Source: Klebsormidium nitens (Eukaryota > Plantae > Klebsormidiophyceae). From it: a stretch of DNA of 64,000 nucleotides. Positions 52,711 through 64,000 of the stretch are shown here, piece by piece. A program made the position numbers and the translations under genes. Each line of letters starts with the position of its first letter. Position 1 is the first letter of the stretch. Location: the NCBI GenBank assembly GCA_000708835.1, contig DF237280.1:36526-100525 (forward strand), given 5' to 3'. The notes beneath the pieces were generated by a model, which made no database searches, had not been told where the DNA came from, and saw nothing but the letters and a program-made list of their open reading frames with translations.

Positions 52711-55700
52711 ATGGGTCGGCACGGCAGCGGCAGCTTTGGAGACGATGACGGCGGTGGCGACTCTGGGACCTTTGATGATTTATATGCAGACAATACTACT
52801 GATGACCGGACCTTCCAGCATCATGGGGGTGGCCAATTTCCCGACACGGACCAAGAGCGGGGCGGGGACGGAGCGTCCTCATGGATGCCCGTGATTGCAG
52901 GTGCTACAGCCTTTGAAAGTGCTTTGACCCCTCTATTTCAGAAAATAAAGAGAGTATTGAAGCAGACACATCAGAAGCTTGGTAGGCGGACATTGGATCA
53001 GGAAACAAGGACATGCATTGACCGCTTCTGACACAAATCTAACTGCCTGCATCATCTCTGCTGACCCTTCTCCCCCGGGGGCTGACGGATGCATTCTTCA
53101 GGCAGGTGTACGGTGTAGCTCCCGTTATTCGTACTCATTGTGATGACCCCTCATTTCAGCTTCTTAGTCTACATCGAGCTTTTTGAAAGAGCCTTCATTT
53201 GGATTGCAGGACTTGGAGGTTTGGCAGCCGGGGGTGCCGTGTCCTCATGGATGAACCGGGACAGACAAAGCGCGTATCACTGGAACGTCCACGAACAGCA
53301 GGGCCGCCTCATGCCCCCACCGCAAGTTCCCCCGGGGCGCGTGGCGGCCAGACAGCACACAACACAGTGGACCTGGCTGCGGCCCTTTCTGAATGTTGGG
53401 ATCGTTGTGTGTAAGTTGCTTCTATCGAAAGAGCGACGAAGTTGTGTGCCTTTTTCTGTGCCTTGTGTTTATTTATTATCACCAAGTTGCCACTAGTTGA
53501 ATGGCATATATGTTTCTTCCGGGTTTTTGAGCTGATATCTGGCCCTTTTTCCAGTAGAAGACGCTGATGTAGGGCTGGGAATCTTCTAGGTATCAGTGAT
53601 AAAGATTGGCTTTGCATGGAGAGAGCTTTCTTGTCACTATGACCCCTCTTTTGAGCTTCGAGTGCTTTTTCTTGCCCCTTCATGATTCTTGTCACTGCGC
53701 ATTCTCTGTGTGGAAACATTTGCTTGGGAAGCACATGTTTCTTGTCTATGCGAATCTAGTCTCTGTGGAACAACGAATTCGAAAGGGGTATCGTCCAAGG
53801 ACGAAGTGAAAGTTTCGAGTGTACTTTTGGGTGTAACTCAGGTTGCTGGCAGCAATACCATTATTGTTGGCGGCCAGAACTTTTGAATGTCAAATATTAT
53901 GTGAGGAGTCAACAGCTGACTGTTTGTGCACCTTCTGCATGTGTTTGCAGTCGCCTTGTACCTCTGCTTTGTGGCGTATGGCCCTCAACAGATGGAACTG
54001 GGGTACGGCGAAAGCAGGCTCGTCCAGGTTTCGTCAACGTTCGTCAGCTCCGTCAAGGTGAGGTTCACGATGCTAGTTGTTGTGGAACCAAAAATGACTA
54101 ATCTCATTGTCGAAGAAACCCGGCACCACAGTGAAGGTAGTCGCCGAGACGAGGTGAGGTTCTGTGGTTTGGTGATGTTTGCAGGTGTCCAAGGAGTGCA
54201 TTTTCGATCAGGTCGAGACTGAGACTCAGGTAGAGATTAAAGAATGGCGATTCAATGGCGCAAAGTCAGCTACAGATCCTTGCCTTTCTTCGTTATCATC
54301 TCCAACTCTCGCTTCGCAGGCATTTTCCTGGGCCTGCCACAGTTTCTCTTTTTTAACCTAGTCGTTAGTAATTCCATCACAGATGGTGACGCTGGGGGGC
54401 GGCAGTCAGGGGCAGCAGCCCGAGATGTACCATTTCGACCACGTTCCGACGCTCAGCAAGGACCATCACTGGTCGGAGAACCACCCCGGGGTGCAGGTTT
54501 CCCCTAACGGCTACCAGGTACTATCCCTACCGTGATTGCCCTGGAGAAGTTGTTTGTTAGATGGTCATTATCTTTGCATGTTTTGAAGCGCCCCGCCGCT
54601 TACTGGCGATGGATTGTCGATTCCGATTCAGGGTCGCCGTTGACGTCGTTTGAAAGGGTCTCGAACCGTACCTGGATGACTGCAAAGGATTTGGAGCTTA
54701 GTTTAAGGGGCTTCTCCAAGGAGTCAGCGTCGTCTCATAAAAGCAATGGAAACCTCTTTGGAAAGCTGATTCTTTGTTGCACGAAATATTAACCTGAAAC
54801 CCCACCTTTTGGAGTTTCCGCTGCCAGGCGTATTGCATAGGGGAATCAGATGATGTTGAGACGCCAAGTGTACCCTGTGAAAGGGCAAGGAGCTAGGTTT
54901 ATATTCAAACGCTGTCGACTCCTAACGGCTTACAATTGAGGGGCTCTTCGGCTGCTGTTTCAGGACTGGGCGTTTTGGCTGAACCGGGGTTCAGAGATCA
55001 AGGTCGAGTACGAGGTCGAGTCGCCGGGCGTGTACTTTGTCCTTCTGAAGGGGGCCGATAACTTCCAGCGCTGGTTGAAGAACCCGCGCGACCTCGGCGT
55101 CGCAGAGTACCACACTTTTGCGGAAGGTACGAACGGTGCTTCATGAACCAGAGAAATGTGCTTAGCTGCGAGAGTGTATGGCGAGATACTCCAAGAGTGC
55201 ACACTGTCGCTTTGTCTGGCTAGTTGTATTGTCTTCCGGGCATAGAACACGATTATGTGGTTTGAGTGGTAGGCGACGTTTCGTTCGGCAATACAAGCCC
55301 TAATCTGCCTTCGAAGGGGGAGTGCTGCTGCTTTTGGAAAGCTTTTGCACCTCCAGCGGACCCCCGTCATTCATATGCGAGGTTCACGTTGACCTTTTTC
55401 GACTATTTCCTCCAGGCAAAGGTTTCTTCAAGTACAAGACTCGCTCGAGCACCGAGTACTTCTTCGCTTTTGGCAACCTGGCGCGCTATCCGCTCCAGTT
55501 TACGACCAACTTCGAGGTCAAGAGCAAGGTCTACGACGTGCGGCGGGCGCGCCACAGCTGCAGCTCGGGGGAGTGCACGTTCGATCTAGAGTACGGCTCG
55601 GACGAAGCAGAGGTCATCGTGACACCAGACACAAATGTGGTAAGTTGGCGGCACGGGAGGGGGTACATGCTCCCGCCTTGATGTATGGGTTTCCTTGGCA

Positions 55701-57566
55701 GGTGCATGCTTGCAAGGCCATCTCTGTGCGGACTTTGCCTTCGAGGAATGAGCTCCGATTCCCTTTGAGGAATGAGCTCCGATCATGAATGCGTTTGAGC
55801 AAGTCACCACCGTGCCATGTGGAAAGCAGTGACGTCGTTGCAAGGAGGGTACCAACGGGGACTCTTATGTTGTTCCTTCTGTGGAACTCTCTCAATCATT
55901 TACACGAGCATGACTGGCTCCGGTGCTGAGGAGCGCGCCTTCTGTTATGGAGGAAATTTTCTTCGGTGCTGAGAAGTGCGCCGTCTCTGATCAGCCCTCT
56001 TTCTGTTTTGTTCCAGGCGGACGACGTCTGGTACATCCGCCTTGAGTACGGTCCTCGATGGATGACATACCTGGTAATGATTGGTGAGGTGCCGTCTGCT
56101 CTACTGGCTATCCTCACGTTCGTAAAACGCATCATCGCCACTTTAATTCACTTTGCTGATAATCAAGGCTAGATAAGTATTCTCGCCGGAAGGATGCAAC
56201 TCGAAGCTGCGAGACGTGCTGCCTTTTTCTACTCCTGTCGAGGAGTAAGCTGCTACTGATAGCCCAGGTCGTCTCGGTGTCAATTGCTGGCAACTATAAC
56301 ACGGTCCTGTCCTTGCTCGTCACAAGCGTTACTCCTGCCGTCGATACAGGGGGCACGTGGCTGCTGACGTCCATCTTCGGCGGCGCGGGGGCTTTGTATC
56401 ACCAGCGGAGAGAGAGCGACGAGTACCAACCGGTTCCAGGGATGTGGCCCCCGCCCGCGAGGGGCGGCTATGAGCAGTCCGATCCAGCAGACACGTGGCC
56501 ACAGGTGCGGCGTTGGAGACGGAAAGCCTGAAAGCTCGGTAGAAAGCGAATGTCGATAAGAATCTGCCGTTAGCGTCGACCGTTACGTGATTGTGGCTTG
56601 GTGAGGCCTGTCCTAGAGTGCTGTAGGACGATTCTAACAACGGCAGGCTGTTTTTCACGCGTTGGGAAGGGCATTTTTCTTGTAGGGGCATGTTATTATA
56701 GGACAATTCATCCGTCGTCGTGACTTGCTTGTCTTACCAGTGGACTTTTCAGCCCCACCGTTGGACGCTTCTGACCTGCTCATACCTGTGAGAGTCTCTG
56801 TAAAGCCCCGTTCGGCGCTGGTAGGTGCTGCAGCATGGGTAACGCGCTTTTGGGTTTTTGCAGGCCCCAGAGTCCGGCCAGCCATCGCCGTATCCCCCTG
56901 GACAACAGTATGTTCCTTGGTCGGCGCCCACAGAGTTTACGAAGGGGGGGTCCAACCTCGGGGAAAGCTCCCCGGGGGGAGAATCGATGCCACAGCCGGG
57001 GAAGAGTGCCCCCGGTTTCTCATATCCGGGGGATCCCCCTGGAGCGGGCGCCAGCGGCAGTGCGGTGCCGCTGGACGATGGGGATGTTTGCGCCGTGTGC
57101 TTCGACCATCGGAAGGAGACCATCTTCGACCCGTGTGGCCACCGAGCGACGTGCTACCCGTGCGGACTCAGGTGAGTGTCTCTAGGTTAGACGAGCAGCC
57201 AGTCTTGCGGGTCTGGAAGATTCAAGGAGTCAGTTTAGTAGCCAGTAGAGTTTCGGAGTTGACGTTCTCGGCCCGAAATGCGTTTGGTTGCGCTTCGCTT
57301 GCATGGACAGCGGATTGCTGCAACCAGCGTGCGACATACTCGTTGTGGCGGATAAATGAAGAGGTTTGAGTTTTGTCCAAATTGGCGCTTGCTGACTATT
57401 TTGTGACAAGAGGAAGTTTAGTAACCAATCTCTTATGCAACGATGCAGTGGAACCCGCGCTGAATTTGGGAGTTTACCTTCATGCAGGCTCAGTCAAGGC
57501 CCAGTACCGGTTTGCCCCATCTGCCGAACGAAGATACGACAAGTTTTGAAAATCTATGACGCGTGA
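52711..57566 (+). CDS. Membrane-anchored C3HC4 RING E3 ligase, APD1-4-like
   Basis: Ten phase-consistent exons. TM (FLNVGIVVFALYLCFVAYG), then YGPQQMELGYGESRLVQV, DWAFWLNRGSEI, FFAFGNL, WYIRLEYGPRWMTYL, then a second TM, then RING CAVCFDHRKETIFDPCGHRATCYPCG...CPICRTKIRQVLKIY. Confidence 0.9.
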
Positions 57567-58881
57567 GAACTTAATTGTACAGATATACAGGTTCAGGGAA
57601 ATCAGCAATATGTGCTATATGTGCTGACGGGCAATGTATTCGTAGCCTCCTCGGAGCACCTGGGCGCCAGCTTACGCAGATTAGATTGGATTGGGTATTG
57701 GATCAGAGATAGAGAGGACGAGTTCAGATGTTGTTTGCACTTCTTGGGGTTACACTTATTATCTGCTTTTACGTCTTGAGACGATGGGTTGCAGGCTTGA
57801 GAAGATATGCCATGCATTATGTCGCGTGCACAGCGGAGCAGGAATTTGAGCGGGCCTAATTTGAGTGACCGTCTCAAGGCACCGGGAGAATGTATACAAA
57901 GTACTTACACTGCAAGATGCCTGGCCCGATAATTTGGATCGAGGGTATCGTACTTACTTTAAAATTATTTCTTCCCGACAAAACAATGCACATATGCATC
58001 CTATACCTTACATCTGCAGCCGACTGCATGCACAAGACCATCATGTTCCATGCTTGCAATTTCGGGTTAGTAAACCGTACTGCGGCGGCCAAACGCCGCA
58101 CATGCTGCTTGATATTGCATGGGCCGGTTCTACTGCACCCCGCGCTCATGTATGGCCACATCGCATGCAACGCCATGGGCCATGCATGCATGCATGCTCA
58201 ACGAGCTCATGTGTCAGGCCTGCAATTTAAATATTCGATCTGGGATCAACATGAGAAATCCTCATTCAAGACGGTTGCCGCCGGGCCCCGCAGGGTGGCA
58301 AATATACTTTCAAAACGCGAAGCCAAGGATTCAGGGCGGCCGCGGGCGCATGTCTTTGCAGAATCAAAACTCGGTTGAAGATCATGGTGTGCCGGGCCTT
58401 GGACCACCATCGCGCAAGCGAAATCATCCAGGGGTGCATCCATCTAGGATGCTGCGCTTTTAGATGAGGCTGAAACAGATCCCTTCGAATGATGTCGCTT
58501 GAACTAAGCAACAAAAGTCGAAGCCGACCAGCTCGCACCTACTGTAGCCACAATATACGACAAGTACTGTAGCCACAATATAGGATAACCGCGCAAGACA
58601 AAATTGCACAGAAGCACCATGACGAAGCTCTACATGTCAGCTTTGCCTTGATCTAATAAAAAAATCCGGCTGATCTGCACAAAATTCCCGTCTTTAAAGA
58701 TAACAAGGATCGCTCATAATAAACAGCTGTGACTTGGACATTAACGTGGGCTCTGTGACCTTGAGCCAAAATCGATTGTAATATACATCTACGGACCAGT
58801 ACCTTTGAGCTGTTTCTTCCGGCTCTCAGCATTCGTCTGTTAGAGTCTTTGTTGACGTATGGAACTCATAGCAACATGGAC

Positions 58882-61800
58882 TCACGATAACCTATACAAG
58901 TCCTCGGGTCTTATCTGGGACCGCGTCTCGGGATTCGTAGGTCGCGCGGAAGCACTCATCCACGACTGTAGGGCAGACCCTCTGTACAAATACTGCAAAT
59001 ACAAGTACACCCCGGTCAGGTCCAAGGAGAGGACTTAGGAAGGACTACGAGAGAACCTCCTGAACCTCGTGGACTAGGAGGTCGCAGGAACGATAGCAGA
59101 TAACTATGCAGACTGCAGACTGCTTTGAGATGGTATACCAACTCATGGTCAAGGAGCTGAGGGCCACAACAATCGACGGAAGCAAAGCTGGCATGATCTG
59201 CAGCGGCCACTTACCGCGTGAGCCTTGCGTGTCCCTTCCTGCCATTGAACGATCGCAAGGACATCGGGTGAGATAACACCCTCCTGCAAACACCGAGGGA
59301 TCCCTTTACTTCCATGCTCAGCACGTAGCCACCCCAGACCCAAAACCTCGAATAATTGTAGGCCTCAACAAAAAGGTCCGTGCAACTGGACTCCTAGACC
59401 ATAGGCTCAACACGGGAGTCGATAGTGAAGGACTTCGCCAGTGATGCAGGCGAAGTTCACATTTTGGCTTCATGCAGGCGAACGAATACTTACCGATGTT
59501 AAAAGTGGTTCAAGGGTTATACTACACATGGGCGGGGGAGGAGGCGCGGAAGGGCGCGCCCCTGTGTCGCCCGTTTTGACCATCAACAGGTGGTCTGCCA
59601 CCGCTGCAGCAGCGTCTCCTGTCAAAGCCTCAAGGACCGCCATCCGGACCTGCCAGAGCGGAAAATTCAGAAAAGGCTTTCGAGAAACTCGCAAACTCTT
59701 TCTTTCTCCTTTCTGGGGAGGAGATGGAGCAGAATTGAACCATGTGGTCCGAGGGGGAAAAGTGATGCCAGGTGCTGCAACAAAAAGCCCGTACTCAGAA
59801 AGGTAGCAGGCTCTGGGAGCTTGCCGGTTTTAATCGGCCAAACAGACAACCGAACGAACTGAAACGGTCCAGGCAGGACCTGCTTACCGCTGGGGACATG
59901 CCTCGCAATCGGGAGTCCTGAATGCCGAACTTCCTCAGAATTTGCAGAACGCAGCGGTCCTCGGAATAAGGGGCGTCCTGCAGGAAAAGAGGCGCGATCA
60001 GGAGGAATGACCGGCTTCAAATACAAGAGTAGGAGACGAACACTAAAACTGGAACGCAAAGACAGAGGCGCTGAAAATTTGGATCAGTGCGTTTGAAGGA
60101 CGGCACAGAGGAAGAGAACGCCAAGTCACGAGTGATGAAACGGCCTCAAGAGTCTACTCAAGCTACGAGCTCAACTGGAGCTCAACTACGGGGGACCATC
60201 GCTGTGCGTTCTAACCTGACTGGAAGATGCTGGCGCAGCAAACAGCTCTCTCTCTCGACGAGGATCCAAAGGCGGTGCCGAGGGTTCAAAGCTTCCACTG
60301 CTACTGGCGTCACCTCCTTGTCCATTGCTCGAAGCGGTGGCTTCTGGCGGCTCGACCCTTCTAAGCCCGGCTATTGTGTCCACCAAGCTGTTGAAAAGGC
60401 TGGCGGTGTCCTCGTTCGGACAGGCAATTGCAATGATGCCCCTGCAACAGGATCGTGCAACTTAAGAAAATATTCCTAAGCTCCCTGGTGGGACGACCAT
60501 ACGTCTGGCAACTTAAGGTAAACAGATCTTCAGAGCAAGAGAACCTGCTCTTCGTGAACAATGATGGACCGGAAGCTGTGTTCTTGTGTAAGAGCTCACC
60601 TGATGACTCTGCTGTCGACATTGCCCTGTTGCCAGAAGAGTTGATCGAGCGCGCGGTGGCTGATAACCTGAACAGATAACGACTTAGGCTCATGAAAGCA
60701 GGTCGAAAACCACGCTATGCAGAGGAGAACTCGGAGAGCGTCACACGGAGGTCGTCTGCTGACAAAGCTACGCAACCGTGTACTCCTGCTTTGAGGTCCT
60801 TGGCATGACATGGGGCAATGCTACAACGGGGGACTTACCAGAAGGCGCTCCTGTTGGTGCTGTGACAGGGACGGGTTCAAAGACACCTGCACAGACACCG
60901 GAGTTCAAAGGCTAGGGCGTGGTTCCTGATAGTCTCGGTTCATGCCAGCATTCAAAACGTTCCATACCAGCATACCAGGATGCAACTCAAAGGCTGACAA
61001 GAGATGTGTTGATTCCTGATTCCTGCCACTTGAACTTCGTGTGTCATCATGAACACGTATGTAAAGCGAACAGGCATCAAGGCTGCGGAGGGACTCCACA
61101 AGGAATTGGAAATGAGTCAAAATTTCAAACAGAGCACTATCAGGCGCGCATCACCGCCTGATGGCACATCAACACAAAATGGGGCTCAAGTTCCAAAAAA
61201 ATGGCCCATAAAAGCACCACTCTTCTTCTTAGTGTCTCAGATGTTCCCGAGAATCCACCTACTCAGCTGTCAAATCAAAAGGACCCCCCCGTGCCTGTCA
61301 CATCTTCAACCTTGAGGAAGTCCAAAGCTGTCCTGCATAATTACGGGTAAAAAACCATGCGATGCTTGGGACGCAACATCATACGCCAAAAACATACGCC
61401 ACTACGATAGACTCCGAAGGAGACTCCGAGCAAGCCATGCAAAATTTTCATCCCGCCTCAGAAGGGATTATTGCTCACCAAGATGCGAACAAAGTGTCGA
61501 GTGGAAAACTCCACACTCCAACCACGAAAGGCATCCTTGACAACGCCTCCCACCTCCTTCAGGACGGTTTGTAGCTGGGGAAGTAAGATGCACAAGTCAA
61601 AACAATCGAAGGAAAGGGGCAACTGCTTGTGCAAGGTGCTAGCTGCATAAGGCAGCTTGCCATCCTAGAAATCACTTTGCACTCGCTTCCAAAGCAGTGG
61701 GCAACAGGTGAGAAACTAGCATGCTCAGCGTAAGCTCACCCCGCTTAGGAAAACCTTGCCAAATGCTATCACTGCGGCCTCCCCAAACCACAGCAGCCTC

Positions 61801-62011
61801 AAGGGCACTGCAAAGGAACATCCCCACATCTGGTAAGTCCACCCGAGTTTTGTCCAGATTCATTTTCCTTCCTTCCGTGGACGGCAGCTTCGAGCAGGTA
61901 ACCAATCGTCTTCCCAACAGCACTGCACAAAAGTAAGGTCCAACGAATCTTACCCACAGGGCCCCCACCACCTCTGCCCACGTCCTGCGGGTCTGTTCCT
62001 TGAGTCGGCAT
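58882..62011 (-). CDS. Protein (~329 aa) with a C-terminal U-box/degenerate-RING-like domain
   Basis: Ten exons, all GT-AG and phase-consistent: 62011-61954, 61807-61740, 61574-61479, 60886-60839, 60667-60600, 60441-60216, 59977-59888, 59649-59494, 59283-59215, 58992-58882. C-terminus: MCSITLEPLL...HAYLYRGSALQSWM...PTNPETRSQIRPEDL. The start codon is tentative. Confidence 0.8.
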
Positions 62012-62360
62012 CCGGGTGCGGGTCAACGTAATTGATACCTTTTCTAATTGTAGTGCTAAAAATAAGCGGATCCACAAGTAGTGCAGGTTGGCAGACCAAA
62101 AAAAATTCTTTGACCTGTTAGTTTGCTACTTGTCCAACGTGAAGTGGAGAGGCAGGAGAGACATGATGATGGATCGTGGAGAAGGTAGCACAAGGGGGCG
62201 ACGCCCTAATAGGCATGGGAGGAACGAAATGATGGTGCAGCTAGAGAAATCAGAAGGCCTTGAGCAGTGAGCACCATTTGTTCAATGAAAATGGCCTCCC
62301 TAACCGGGGTGGTTCGGGCATGGACTTGCAGCTCCTGTTTGCAAGGGACTGGTACCCATT

Positions 62361-62855
62361 CCGGCAACGCTCGCTCGGCTAAGCTTGCACTAAGAGCAGC
62401 TTGCACTAAGATAAGCACCCGGGGGACGGGTAGGGTTAGTTTGGTGGTCAGGGTGGGTGCGGGTGCGGAGCGCGTGATATATTTGGTTAGGGTTTTTAGT
62501 TTGGGTGCCCGGGACTTGTGTATCTACGGTAGTCCAACGTGATGATTCCGAATAAATAAATAATTATCTGCGTTCGGAAAGTCAGAAATTCGGATTTCTC
62601 ATTCGGAAAGTGAAATTTCGGAAAGGTAAAATAATCCCCAAATGGCCCTCGGAAGCCGTAAAACTGCCAGAAACAGCCAAAAACTCCCCTTTCCAGTGAG
62701 ACCATAGGGCATTCGGATTTTGGTCGGAATCAGCATAAATAATTCCACTTTCCCGGTCGGATTGTTAAAAAATAATTCGAAATAAAATCGTTCGGAATCA
62801 TCACGTTGGACTACGGGTAGTGCAAGCGGCTTTTAGTGCAAGCGAGCGTTGCCAG
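62361..62855. mobile_element. Older TIR element hosting the family-1 MITE
   Basis: Left end ccggcaacgctcgct...cttgcactaagagcagcttgcacta is inverted relative to right end tagtgcaagcggcttttagtgcaagcgagcgttgccag|ta. The left flank is tt rather than ta. Confidence 0.65.
62527..62817. mobile_element. MITE family 1, second copy (inverted relative to 35990-36279)
   Basis: ta|cggtagtccaacgtgatgattccgaa ... ttcggaatcatcacgttggactacggg|ta. Interior blocks (aataaataaataatt, atagggcattcggatt.tggtcggaatc) match the reverse complement of copy 1. Confidence 0.9.
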
Positions 62856-63601
62856 TATCTGGTACCCGGTATAGGCCTACCGGGCTATGGCCAGGGTAGC
62901 TTGGAGCTGGCCGGGTACAGTAAGATTGTCGCCCGGGAATTTAGTAGGTTAGGTCGGGGGTCAGGGTCGGTAAGTAAAGAATTGGGGTTAGTCTGTGGGA
63001 CAACTTGACGAGTCAACCAAGTCAACGCCACGTAGTAGAAATGGTAAGGGTTTAGCCAATAGATCGCGAATAAAAAGCCTTACCGCGAAAACGTCATGTC
63101 AACAAGCAGCTTTTCGAACTAGACGCGGAAGGATGGACATTTTCCTCTACACCTACTTTGAAAGTTTGACCCCGGTAAACCGTACGGTACTAGGCCAGGA
63201 GCGTCGGACGGCTTTTCGATCAGTCAGCACGACCGGCCCCGGCCGGTTGACCCCGCCTCCGGCCGGGCCGTCGGCCCAGGAGCCGGACAGGAAATTTTTC
63301 GGTGTCAATATGCTTTTGTCAGATGCTGGTTCAAGCAAGCCCGCTGAGTTGGATTTGTCGGCCTGGTTGCTGACACTTCATCTTGTTCAGTTCGACTGGA
63401 GTCTCCCGGGCCGGCCGGCGACGGTTTGCCTTCCAAGTTCCCTGTACCTACTTGGGTGGATAACGGGCGGTAACGGTATGTGAAACCTGAACCAGTCTCC
63501 AACTTGTTCTGGCAACTTCAAGCAGTGTTCGATCTGTATCGTACCAGGCAAACGTCAGAAGACGGGTACGACACCCGGCCAACTCAACCCGAGACGGGAT
63601 A

Positions 63602-63807
63602 CCGTACCAATTGTCCAGTTGGGCAGATTTTGCCCCAATAATTAATTTCGTATCTCATGGATTTTGGGCAGCTTCATTTATGCATTTATATTGTTTTCTA
63701 ACGGGACAAACTGATCAGCAAATCCTTAATTGGAATTTATTTTCAATTCAAAATTTTGGGCAAGTCAAAGAATATTTAATTGTTGCCCAACCGGACAATT
63801 GGTACGG
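63602..63807. mobile_element. MITE family 2 (206 bp, TA-flanked)
   Basis: ta|ccgtaccaattgtccagttgggca ... tgcccaaccggacaattggtacgg|ta: ~24-bp TIR with 1 mismatch; AT-rich interior. Confidence 0.88.
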
Positions 63808-64000
63808 TATTTGGGGTCGCTGGGCAAGACAAACCGACCGGATCAGGGGTCAGACGACGGGGGTCCATCATATTCGAAACTCCGTGTCGAACGCCGAGTA
63901 CTACAACCATTGCGAAGGTTGTCCGAGTCAGAGTACGGTCGGACTCGCAATTGCAATTGGCAACGTTTGCAAGCTCAGAGTCAGGGATCTGTACTCTCTA

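Noticed and set aside
55742-58582. Short direct repeats (gaggaatgagctccgat x2 at ~55742; tactgtagccacaatata x2 at ~58540) as CRISPR-like or regulatory arrays
   Set aside because: Only two units each and no spacer array; ordinary slippage duplications in eukaryotic DNA.
62433-62500. Interstitial telomere
   Set aside because: Only one intact TTAGGG-type unit in otherwise degenerate G-rich sequence.

Overview
Intron-rich nuclear DNA from the green lineage. Plastid transit peptides, plant-type genes, GT-AG introns of about 0.1-0.9 kb and GC-rich exons suggest a streptophyte alga such as Klebsormidium (inference). Manual splicing gives 13 protein-coding genes, in order: CHASE-domain histidine kinase (-, runs off the left edge), Sel1-repeat protein (+), MYND-finger protein (-), UDP-glycosyltransferase (+), unknown plastid-targeted protein (-), bacterial-type alpha/beta hydrolase (+), cpSRP54 (-), atypical TSG101/ELC (+), acetolactate synthase (-), RPS20 (+), plastid RPL31 (-), APD-like RING E3 (+), U-box-like protein (-). 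The 13 genes alternate strictly in strand, and each of the six convergent gaps holds a CATG/TGCA-rich patch. Five small TIR elements (MITE-like, TA-flanked, four with CCGTA-type ends, one nested in another) are present. The most unusual proteins are an ELC/TSG101 with rearranged domain order, a Sel1 protein with a possible MLKL-like helical N-terminus, and a cytokinin-receptor-like kinase with substituted ligand-pocket residues. No rRNA, tRNA, CRISPR array or autonomous transposase was recognised. Family assignments rest on motif recognition from memory; no database search was run.
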